Translations under genes and position numbers: made by a program
Notes under the pieces: model-generated
Database searches by the model: none
What the model was told of the DNA's origin: nothing
What the model saw: the letters and a program-made list of their open reading frames with translations, nothing else
Shown: positions 49,901 to 61,550 of the stretch, in pieces
How the letters are laid out: every line of letters begins with the position of its first letter
Position numbering within the stretch: position 1 is the stretch's first letter
From: Callorhinchus milii
Taxonomy: Eukaryota
Length of the DNA: 64,000 nucleotides
Direction: 5' to 3'
Assembly: GCF_018977255.1 (NCBI RefSeq)
Contig: NW_024704743.1
Coordinates: forward strand, 101,558,001 to 101,622,000

Positions 49901-51280
49901 ATCCCAGTCCTGTTTAGGTGTAACCCCTTCACCATGTTGCGGTTCCACCTGCCCCAGAACTGGTCCCAATGTTCCAGGAACCTGAAGCCCTCCTTTCTGC
50001 ACCATTTATCCAGCCATGTATTCGTGTGCTTGATCCTGCTGTTTTGATAATCACTTGCACGAAACAATGGGAGCAATTCAGAGATCACCACCTTTGAGGT
50101 CCTATTCTTTATCTTTTTCCATTGCTTCTGATATTCTCCCTGTAGGATCTCAGCCCTTTTTTCCCTGACATCATGGATCTCAACATGGACAACAACTTCT
50201 GGATGTTTCTCTTCCCCCTGTGTGATGTTTAGTACCTATTCCATGATGTCTTCAACCCTGGCACCAAGGAGGCAACATACCATGCGAGTGTCACGTCTTT
50301 GGTTGCAGAAACATCTGTCTACTCCTTTCACCATTGTGTTCCCAATGACAATTGCATTGATACTCTTCCCTGTGTCCCCCTGTGCATCCATTTGCTTTTG
50401 ACTCCTTTCCCCAACAGTGTCATCACCCTCACTGATATTCAGTACAGAGAACCTGTTTGTGAATGCCACACACTCAGGGGATTTCTGCATTTCCTACCAA
50501 GCCAGGTGGTCACCCACCCACTCTCCTTCTGAACCTTCTATGACTGTGGGGTGACCACCTCCTGAAACATTCAATCCATGAACTCTTCTGCCTACCGTAT
50601 GCTATGTAGCTCAGGGTTTTTGAGCTTGAGGAGAGACTTACATATTTTATAATTATGCACCTCTTTCCCACTCATACCAGCCTCTCTTCAAGCTCAGAAA
50701 CCCTGAGCTCAAGCAGCCAGAGGCACTTCCTACACATGTTTATCCAGGGCACACAAAGCGTCCTGGAGTTCCACATGGCACACATTGTGCATGCAGCCAA
50801 TCTCAGCTGCCCTGCCATATTTCCAGATATGTTTTATATTATTTTAATATAACTTTTACATATTTTATAAATATGCACTCTTTCCCACTCTAACCAAATT
50901 CCTTAACAGAATTATCACTCTGCTCTACCTCAATCAGTTCCCTTTACCATGCTACTGGGCTCTTTGCTCAAGTGAGGCTCTTGCAAGTCCTCTGCTTTAT
51001 ATAGGACTCAAACAAAAACACCCAGTTTTGACTGGTCAGCAAATTTATTAATCCCAACACCTGATCTGTGGTTAACTGCTAATTGACTTGTTTGCCTGCT
51101 TACATATATGGTTGCCTCTACGTTGAGAAAGATTTCCCACTCATCTGCTGAATGAAAGAGTTCTCTCTTGGTCTCTGGCATCTCTCTTAGTGAAGAATTC
51201 CCACTCTCACCAAATTCCTTAACAGATTTCTCACTCTGTTCCCCTTCACTCAGTTCCCTCCTCATGTTGCTGGGCTTTCT
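46940..51280 (-). mobile_element. Near full-length degenerate CR1-clade LINE (ORF1 with zinc finger and SGNH esterase; ORF2 endonuclease-RT, internally deleted)
   Basis: ORF fragments TNRFSVL...IVIGNTMVKGVDRCFC (ORF1 esterase), LDLVLGNE...SDHN (endonuclease), KSPGPEGMHPRLLRE...NYRPVILTSVVGKLL (RT), ALERVKRRFTRMVPGL...RRLRGDLI (C-terminus). 3' tagaatcatagaat microsatellite; repeated 5'UTR units at 50640-51260. Confidence 0.9.
49456..49774 (+). mobile_element. Young tRNA-derived SINE inserted within the CR1
   Basis: Full head-to-tail copy, nearly identical to the body at 6225-6460. Confidence 0.9.
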
Positions 51281-51438
51281 GCTGAAGTTCTAACAGTTAG
51301 GAAGTTACAGAACAATCAATATCAAAGATTAAAACAGGAGTAAGAGAAGAGCAAATTTTTGAAGCATCATCAGCTTTATGATAAGAAGAATTACCGAGGC
51401 TCAGTGCCTTGCAATGGAGCAGCAAGCCAATGGCTTAC

Positions 51439-51561
51439 CTGAGGATAATGAAAAGAAAAGAAGCAGCTTGTTTTGCTGTCACTTCCTTTTTCTCTGTTTT
51501 CTCTCTTACTCTCTTGCCAACCTCCTGGTTCTCACTGTTGCTCTATATGCCTGGATTTATA
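51439..51561 (-). promoter_or_regulatory. Putative TATA promoter and non-coding first exon of copy A
   Basis: TATAAA on - at 51561-51556; Inr-like CAGT ~25 nt downstream; strong donor AG|gtaagc at 51439. A matching acceptor (tttcctgctcattag) lies ~20 nt upstream of the ATG at 46126. Confidence 0.55.
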
Positions 51562-53327
51562 GAGCTTTTTGAGCTTCACTTACATCATGACTAATGGGTG
51601 TAACTATGTTGATTTATGTAAAGACCAAGAAGTACAACATTGTGAATAAACACAAAAAGTTTCTGGCAAGTAGTGCTGTGTTGACAAAACCTTTCAAAAC
51701 TTGCTCCATAGCATTGCAAGCATTGACCTTGTTCCTGTTATATAAAAAAATCTGTTTTGTAATCCCTTTAGGTCAGCCCTTACAGTGTTTAGATATATTT
51801 AGAATTGAAAATGTAATCTGTTTTACTGTCACTGTTGGTAATTTACTGCTGTAGCTCATGTATATTCTTGATGAAAATTATTTGATTCTGTCTTGGCTAA
51901 TTAAGAAAATACCCGGTTCAATTGTTTTAGACTCAAGTCACTGAAGTATTGTTTATCGTTCTATGGAGAAGATGGACACTGTATTTTCGTCGTTAGTCCA
52001 TGCTGAATTGATAATCCTAAAGTAAATTTATGAATAATAAAATTTGTGTTACCCAAGAGATAATGCACAGTAAACATATCGAGACTGCTCTGTTTACGAG
52101 AGTTGTGAGAAAAAGTTAAATGAAAACTTCACCAAAAGTGTGTCATAACTTAATTGGAAGCAGGAGAAATTCATATAATTTTGTAACATTATCCCAAACC
52201 TACTTCATTTTTCTTTTCCTCAGACCTGCTTTGGACATAAAAAAAATCTACAAGTTTATAGCAAAAAAATCTATAACTCCTTTCAACCTTCTATGAAAAC
52301 TTTATAAAATCTATAACTCCAATGCATTGCTGTGGGAGAGGCATTCAACCAAGGTCCTGTCTGACAGTTCAGGTAGACTTTAAAGATCCCATGGCACTAT
52401 TTGAAAAGAAAAGGAAGTTTCTCCCTGTATTCTGGACAACAATCCCCAAATAAAATTGTTCACTCACTCTATGCCTGTTTGTGGTACATTGCTTTGTGCA
52501 AATTGGATGCCCTGTTCTCCTGCAGTCACTGTACTTTACAATAAATCCTGTGAAGTCCTTTGAGATATCTTGTTGACATGATGAAGAATTATATCAAGTC
52601 CAAGGATGATAAGATCTTCTTGGATTTTCTCAATTGAAGTATGTTCCGCTATGGTTGTGTCAGTAAATTCAGCTGAATCACTTGTGGTGATCTGAGGGCC
52701 TGAAACACCACCTGGTCTTGGTTTGAAGACAATTGCCTTAAAAAGTAAGATCATGCAGAATATTGGCAGATACATTTAGTCTTAAATGTAGTCTGTGGTT
52801 ATTAAGAGGATAAGAGAAAAACTGGTTTCTAAATTAAGTGTGAATTTGAGGCTTTTCCAAAATTCTGAATCGTGTTAGATTTTAATTCAGTGGTCTTATT
52901 TTTCATAAAATTTTAATTTGATATATCACCTTTGAAGTCAGGAGGATGTCCCAAAGCACTTCACAGGGTTTATTGTGAAGTGGAGTGACTGTGTATTTGT
53001 AGGCAAATGTAGCAGCTCCATAATTCATATTAATGTCTCACAAAGAACGATGAAACAAATGACCAATGTATTTGGAGGACTATTGGCCAGAACACTACGA
53101 GAACCTCCTTTCTCTGCTTGGGAGAAACTTAAATCAATGACTGAAGCTCTGCCTTCTTCAAATCCAAAACTAAGGGCTTCTTTCATTGATATTAACTAGA
53201 ATGTAGAAAACTAATGACATATGGAAGTAAGGTGCATGTGAAAGTTATTGCACTTTTATTTGCATTCATCTGAAATCTGAAGCTCGCTTTCAAATTAACT
53301 TTTGGGATTTGATCCAAAACTCATTCA

Positions 53328-54070
53328 TAAGAACACAAGAATTAGGAACAGGAGATTCGGCCCCTCGAGCCTGCCCCGCCATTCAATAAGATCATGGCTG
53401 ATCTATTCTAACTCCACCTACCCGCCTTAGCCCCATATCCCTTAATCCCTTTATCCACAAGAAATCTATCAATCTCAGTCTTGAATATGTTCAAGGACTG
53501 AGCATCTACAGCCCTTTGAGGTAGAGAATTCCATAAATTTTCTCTGAGTGAAGAAGTTTTTCCTCAGCTCAGTGCGAAAGGGCTTACCCGTAATTCTAAG
53601 ACTGTGACCTCTGGTTATAGTTTCTCCAACCAGGGGAAAAAGTCTCCCACTATCTATTCTGTCGTGCCCCTTTATAATCCTATAGGTTTCTATAAGATCA
53701 CCTCTAATTCTTCTATATTGTCGAGAATATAGGCCTAAATTGCTCAACCTATCCTCATAACTCATCCCCCTCATCACAGGTACCAACCCAGTGAATCTAC
53801 GTTGTACACCCTCCAAGGCGAGTACATCCTTTCTTAAATAAGGAGACCAAAACTGCATACAATACTCTAGGTACGGTCTCACCAGGGCCCTATACAGTTG
53901 CAGCAAGATTTCCCTACTCTTATATTCTAACCCTTTTGTAATAAATGCCAACATACCGTTAGCCTTCCTAATTGGTTGCTGTACCTGCAAACTAACTTTT
54001 TGTGACTGGTGTACAAGGACACACAAGTCCCTCTGAACGCTAACACTATCTAGTCTCTCCCCTTCTAAAA
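53328..54070 (-). mobile_element. CR1 LINE 3' fragment
   Basis: ORF 53475-54026: LYRALVRPYLEYCMQFWSPY...RGHSLRI...KNFFTQR. Confidence 0.9.
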
Positions 54071-57000
54071 CATTTTTTTTTTTTTTTTACACAGCTGTGC
54101 TTCACCAATTATTGATAAAAGACTCAAAGCTGGGGAAGAGGTGTCCGTCTCACTGAAACATTGCCTGTCTCTGCAACTACCTCTCCCATCGAGCAGCCAT
54201 GATCTGAATCCACGCTTTTATCACATCCATATTTGTCACCCCCATCCTCACCCGGCTTCACTGGCTCCCTATCCCCTATCAGATTGAGTTCAAGATTCTC
54301 ATTCACACTTTTCAATCCCTCCACGGTCTCGCTGTACACTACCTCACCAAATGTCTTAACCAAACTATCCCGGCCACCTATTCACACGCTTGCTTCATAT
54401 CCCTGCCATATCCATTGCATCATCAATGATCGGGCTTTCAGCCATTCTGGCACTTCTTTTGGAACTTCATCCCAGAGACCTTCTGACTGATTCCCTTCCT
54501 CATCTCTTTCAAGACAAGTCTCAAAACTTGTAGTGTTATAGGTCCAGCTGGGATACAGAAATTATAATAGGTTAAGCCATATACAGGAATATACATACAG
54601 GTATAGCTACTGCACCAAATGTAAACACATGACAGCGGTCCTCTGAAGGTTAACCATTGTTGCATTGGTCACATCGGGGTTCAGGTCAAGTTCCTTGTTC
54701 AAATATGCTGGATTTTACCATAATAAAAGTTGAGTAAAAGGCTTTCAGTAAATCTGTTAATTCCCAAACCTGATGCGTTGTCCTTTATCCCTCTTGAGTA
54801 TTGCCTTACAAAGCTGAACCTTCTGACTTTTTGGTAAATGCCAGTTTTATTTACAGGAAATTAACATCAAATAATGTTTCAACAGATGAATATCTTAGAT
54901 AAGGTCAGTCAGGTATTAGAGATCAGAAAAGAACACCTGACTTGAACATCTAGATAAGTAAACAGAACAAGAGGACACAGGTTTTGAGTTGCCAAGTGCA
55001 ATTTCAGGACAGACACCAGGATGTATTTCATAACCCTGACAATAATTAACTACTGCAACATGTTACCAGAAAGAGTGGTTAAAGCCAGGTTGCTTGACAC
55101 ATTTAAAAAACAGCTTGATGCTGTGATGTGATCGGAGGGTTGGTATGGTGTGTGTTCTAAAAAGATGAGATCAAAAAATGAAATAATATCAGTGAAAGAA
55201 TCCCTTTATTTTGAACTTGAAGAAGGCAGAGCTTCGGCCTTTGTTTTAAGTTTCTCCCGAGCAGAGAAAGGAGTTTCTCGTAATGTCCTTTATCTCATCC
55301 TCACCTTCCAGGCCCTCCATGGCCTTGACCCCTCCTACCTCTCTTAATTATTATTACCTACCAACCCCTAATCAATCTGTTTGCTCCCTCTGCTCAGCAT
55401 GTTCCGGCCTGCTCCATTTCTCCCAATCGGCCCGCCCCACCATCGGCAGTGAAACCTTCAGCCTCACTGCTCCCACCCTCTGGAACACCATCCCACATTC
55501 CCTTAGCCCCACTCCCTCCTCCTTCATGGCATGCCTCAAGATCCTCCTCTTCAACCGTGCCTTCGGCACCCTCCTATCCTCTTTGCCCTCCACCCTTCCT
55601 GATCCCACCCTGCCGTTCAGGACCTAATCCCTGACTACTCAGAGCCTTGGGACATCCTCCCGATGTGAAAGGAACTTTACAAATGCAATTATGTTTTGTA
55701 TTGTATTAGTAAGACAGGAGCAGGTTCATTAACATTTTTGTACTTATGGTCTCATGAATTTGTATTGCAGCTTTTGCCAAGATACCTACATAGGTTTTAG
55801 TGTGGGGCGAGACAAAGGAATGGAGGGAGGGAGTTCTTGAAAGTTAGAACAACAACAACTTGGAATTATATAGCGCCCTCCACGCCAGACGACGTCTCAG
55901 AGCGCTTCACAGTAACGGATCATGGGACCGAGCCAGGGGGAGGAAGGGGAAGGTGACCAAAGGCACAGTCAAAAAGAAAGGTCTTCAGCAGAAACCTGAA
56001 AAAAGGGAGAGAGTGAGATGAAGGGAGTGAGGAAGGCAGTTCCAGAGCCTCGGGGCATAGTGGCTGAAGGCACGACTGCCGAGGGTGGAGCGGAGGACTT
56101 GGGGGACGAGGAGGAGCCCAGACCCGGAGGAACAAAGGCAACAGGCACTGTTTTGAGGAGAGAGGTCTGAAGGTAGGGGGGTGCAGAGGAGTGCAGGGAC
56201 TTGAATACGAGGGTGAGGATCTTGAAATCGATTCTCTCTGGGATAGGCAGCCAGTGCAGTCTGGCAAGGACTGGGGTGATCGGGGAGCGGAGTTTCGTGT
56301 GGGTGAGAATGCTGGCAGCAGAGTTTTGAATGATTTGGATTTTTTGGATGGTAGTGGAGAGGAGACCGACGAGGAGAGTGTTTGAATAGTCCAGCCAAGA
56401 GGTGACAAAGGCATGGACCAGGGTTTCAGTGGCTTTTGGGGAGAAGTGTTGGGGGAGACGGGCGATGTGTCAGAGGTGGAAGAAAGCAGTGAGGTTGAGG
56501 GATCAGATGTGGGGGAGGAAGGATAATTGGGGGTTGGGGGGATAATAGAAGGATAATTGGGGGGATAATAGAAGCTGAAGATTGGCTACAGATGTTGGGG
56601 GATGTGGGTGGGTGGGTGTGGGCACTGAAGCAGATGGGACACACACAACATGCCCATAGCAAGCGAGCAGATTAGAATAGAAGATCACACAGGTAAGGAG
56701 GTGCTCAGCCATGGAGGGATTTATAGGTAAGTTTGACATCCTTGTCAGAGAACCATAGAATTTTACAGCACAGAAGGTGGCCTTCGGCCCATCGTGTCTG
56801 TGCTGGCTCTTTGAAAAGAGCTATCCAATTCAATCTCACTCCCCCACCCTCTCCCCATAGCCCTACAAACGTGTCGTCCCCAAATAATTATCTACTTCTC
56901 TCTTAAAAGTGGTTATAGAATGACCCTTTCAGGCAATGCATTGGATCCAACAACAACAACTTGGATTTATATAGCGCCCTCCATACTGGACGGCGTCTCA

Positions 57001-58692
57001 GAGCGCGGGGTGAAAAAATGTCTCCTTACTTCCCCTCTGTTTGTAACAACTATTTTAAATCGGTGCCCTCGGGTTACCGCACCCCCCCCCCCCCAAGTAG
57101 AAATAGTTTCTCCTTGTTCACCCTTTCGAATCCACTCATAATTTTGAAAACTTCTATTAAGTCTCCTCTTAACCTCCTCTGCTCCAAGGAGAATAATCCT
57201 AGCTTCTCTAGTCTGCTTTTTTAACAGCTTTATCTACCTGTCCCGCCACCTTCAAAGATTTACTTATATGAACCCCCCGGTCTCTCTGTTCCTTCACCTC
57301 CTTAAGATTGTACCATCAGCTTATATTGCCTCTCCTCATTCTTCATCCCAAAATGCATCACTTCGCATTTCTTCACATTAAACTTCATCTGCCGCGTGTC
57401 CGCCCATTTTACCAGTCTATCTATGTCCATTTGCAGTCGCTACTATCCTCCTCACTGTTTACTACTTTTGCTCGCTTAGTATCATCTGCAAACTTGTACA
57501 ATTGGAAATTGTACTCCCTATGCCCAAGTCCAGGTCATTTCTAGATTGCTGGGATGTCAGTGGAGCCTGACAAGAACTCGGGAGATTGGAGTTTGGTGCA
57601 GGTGAGGAAGCAGGAGCTGGAGTTTTGTATGAGCTGGAGCTTATGGCTGGTGAAACAAGGGAGACCAGAGAGGAGTGAGTTTCAGAAGTCAAACTCAGAA
57701 GTCAGAACAGTGTCAAAACAGCAGAGAGATCAAAGAGAACAAGAAGGCATAGAGAGCTGTGGTCGCAGATGCACAAGTTACGTTTCATCACAACTTTGTA
57801 TCTTCTGCAAACCTCAGACAAGAAGTTCCTCACAGAGCAATAAATTTGTCAGTGCCACCAGCAAGACTAAATACCCTCAGCAGATTAAAAGCTCATCCCT
57901 TCCTTATACCTTTGTTTCATTAAAAAAAATTGGGCACTCAATCCACAACTTATTAAAAAACTATTTTATAACCGATCCACATTTTTATTCATGTGGTATC
58001 TCCAGCTGCATAGGACTAGATATTTCAGTTTGAAGAGACCCATATGTCAGGAATAGTAAAATGCCTTACCTAGACATATGAGAGTAATAATAATAATAAT
58101 CCTTGCATTTGATATAGTGATTTATCATGTCTTTGAGACATCTCAAAGCATTTCACAGAATATACTGTAAAGTAGCTTGACTGAATATTTTGTGGGCGAA
58201 ACATTGCAGCCGATTGGACACAGCATTGTCCCATAAACAGTTGGGCATTGAGTGAGCAAATTATTATTATTTTTATTTAGGGATTTTTATCCCCGGAAAA
58301 GCGATCTGCCAATCTACTAACAACTGGGTTCTTACTTACTGCTAGGTAAACAGAGGCATGTGGAATAAGGAAGCGTGCGTGTGTGCATGTGTTATTCCAA
58401 GCTTAATGAATTGGGTTTAAAACTATTTTGGTCAATTAAAACAGTCAGATATTGTATGTGTGATAATGTAGTTTTAATGGTGTTTTTAATGGAGCAACAA
58501 TTAATCAACAAAATGCAGCTCAAGCATTAACATACTTTATAGCCCAGAATATATATGGTAGATTTTGGTATTTTTATTATCAGACATAAACAGCTGAGAA
58601 TAGTCTCAGTAGTCTTGTCATTGGCCAGGACCATGAGTACAAGGCCCTTTCCAATGACAATACAGCTGAGACTATTCTGGAGCATGTTGTTC

Positions 58693-60737
58693 TCACTCGC
58701 AGGACATCATTCTGTCTGCAGCGTGATGACAATTGTCCCTCAATAGAGAATATGTTGAACCACCAGCTCGTACAAAATCTCCCACTGTTCTTCCATGCAC
58801 TGGTGTATCTTCCACTACCTGAAAAATTAAGGTAAGTGTGAATATTATAATCTTTATCCTGATTTTCACTTTGATACAATCTTGACCGCGCTCTCGGCAT
58901 TGTTTCACCCCCTTGCCCTTACTCCCTCAGCCCACATCCAGCTCGAGTGCTATCCCTGGACTGTCAAGCACCCTGGCAGGTCCTGCCAACATGAAAGGCA
59001 CTGTAAAAATGTAAATTTGTTTGGTATTGATTTAATTGTCACATACCCTCCATCGATCTGACATGTGATTGGCATCAGTAACTACAGTCTGAGATGTGCG
59101 GCCAAAGCCATCTCCTTTGTGAATCAGCCAAGATTCTCCAGTATCTGTTGTTACTCTGAAAGAGAAAAATAATTAATAGTAATATTAATCATTGCATTTG
59201 ATGTAGCACCTTTCACTTTAGGAGGACGACTCACAGTGTTTGAGATGATTTACTTTAAAGTGTAGTGACTGTGAATTTGGATCAAATCATATAAATGCTT
59301 GCTGCCAATCCTAAGCAAAATTAGGCCTTAGAACCATTTCAAAAAAATTTTTACTGTAGCTTTACTGCAGTTGTGAGTAAAAAAAACTCACACCAAACAC
59401 CTGTACTTAGTGAAAGCCTCTTCTGTATGTTATTTGTCTGGACTATCTCCTTTTTTTCTTTAATTGGGGTGACAGCTCTACTGGTTTATCTTGAAATGCT
59501 CACCAATAAAATTGTCCCACAAAAGAGTGAGAATATGAAATAAGTTACACTTACACAGCAACTTTGACAACAAAAATGTCTCAAAGCACTTTACAAAAAT
59601 ATAATGGAAGCAAAGCAGGGTAGCAAAGTGTATGTGTGTGTGGTGATGTGGGTGGGGCTGGGGTTTGATGTCTATATGTGCGGACAAAGAGAGAGGTTTT
59701 TAGTTGGGCTTTGAAAGCAGAGAGTGAGGTAGCAAAGTTGAAAGATTTCGAAAGAGTTCAAGAGCAGGGCCAAGAAGTGTGTTTGTTCACTGATGATAGT
59801 CGGGTTGGAGAGTGGCATGAAACAGGCATGGCACAGTGGAGAGTAGTGGTTGGGGAATAAGACCACAGAAGATTGTAGAGGAAGAGTGGGGTTAAGCCAT
59901 TAGGCATTTGCAGGTAGGGACAAGGATCTTAAATTGATTTCAAGGGGAGATAGAGAAACAGTGGAGGCAGGTGAGAAAGGGTGTAATGGGCTTTGTGTGG
60001 GAGAGAACATGGGCAGAGGAAGTCTAGATGAAATGGAGCTTGAGGAAGGCAGAGCTGGGGAGGCCAGTGATCAGAGCAGTGTAGGACAGGAAGGTATATC
60101 CAGATTTTTCACTTAGGTTATTCATTGGCATAGTTTATCCAGAATCTTAATTGTGGGACATTCACATATTATATACAAATCTCCATTCTGTTATCTGCAA
60201 AACATATAGTGGTTTTGCTTGTGTGGGATAATCTCAGAGCATAATTGAGCTAACATTATCAATGCAGAATATCTACTTGAATTAGCTTACCTTACTCCTG
60301 AATGACTAAAAGGTCCAAGCATCCAAGATAAAGAACCCAAAGGTCTCCTGAGACTCTCAGCTCTCACCACAGGTGTATTATACAGCCTGGTGAGTTCAGA
60401 TTGGCGTGTTATGTCATGGGGAAATGCCTCTGTTTGTCTTTGGCCTATAAAATATAGAGTTTAATTCAGAATTATGAATTGTTCTCATTAATGCAAAACT
60501 CGCTCAACCATAATGTTTGACAATGGGATCACATCACAGCTTGCAATTTTCACTTTACAATTATTTATTTTCAGAACAAAGCTTGCTTGAAAAGTGAGCA
60601 TGTGGCAATTTAACAATCATGTCAGTAATAAATTTTGTTGTTGTAGTAGATTGAAGCAAATTGGAAATATTGAAATACTCACTAGAAGATGCATTAGCAG
60701 CAACAAAGCACAGCACGAAAAGCAATATCAGCTGCAT
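58693..60737 (-). CDS. Secreted LRAT/PLAAT-like (permuted NlpC/P60) protein, copy B, 147 aa
   Basis: Exons 60737-60683, 60444-60291, 59155-59047, 58818-58693. Identical to copy A except residues 46-64: RAESLRRPLGSLSWMLGPF versus KIEKVVRPYGSFRLKIGRI. Confidence 0.85.
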
Positions 60738-61550
60738 GGTCCTCTCACAGTAAGTGCCTAATGAGCAGGAAACATAGTTAAACAAACACAACCAAATCTA
60801 CCCAAATCTAATTTGACCCTTGATTCCACTGATGTTCTGACCACCTACTATCAAGTTCTGAATGAGCCTCAAATGTCTTTATCCAAAGATGAATGAGATG
60901 GAAGCCATCCACCTTGGGGCCTTCCAATGGTTCCTTGCTCTAACTTCCTCAACCTGCCTTGCCTTTCTCTCCAACTCACTGAACCAGGTTGCAACATTGG
61001 TATTTCATTTGAAGCTCAGCTCCTTTCCTCCCTTACATCTGGTCCCTAAACTAGACTGCTTTTCTGTATCTCCACCAAATGGTTCGTGTCTGTTTTTATC
61101 CCATATTCAATGCTGCGGAAACACTCATTCATGACTTTGTCTCCTCAAGACTTGATTTTTTGAATGCCTTTCTCAACACAGATATTATTGAAGGTGCTGT
61201 CCTTCAGGTGAGACATGAAGCCAACAAACTGTCGGTCTGTTCTTCAGGTGGACATTAAAGAACTCATGACAGGATTTTAAAAATGGCAGTCTGTCCTGCT
61301 GTGCTGGTCAACAGTCCTCCAGGTAAATTAATGAATCAAACATCTCATCGTTGTTTGTGAGACTTTGCTGTGTGAAATATACCTGCCATGTTTGCCTACA
61401 AATAAATCTCTGTAACCTGGCAATAATACTGTGTCTGTAATAGATTTAAGATGTTTCTACTCAATGAGGCAATATTAACAAATGCAAATTCTTTCTCCAT
61501 ATACATCATAGAAAATCCTCTATTTGCTGAAACACTGGATGTGTATTGCA

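Larger units (their letters stand above)
40454..55292. repeat. Tandem segmental duplication unit 1 (~14.8 kb)
   Basis: Sequence from 40454 (tctcatcctcaccttc...) recurs from 55293, at offset 14839 and then 14611 after indels. Confidence 0.95.
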
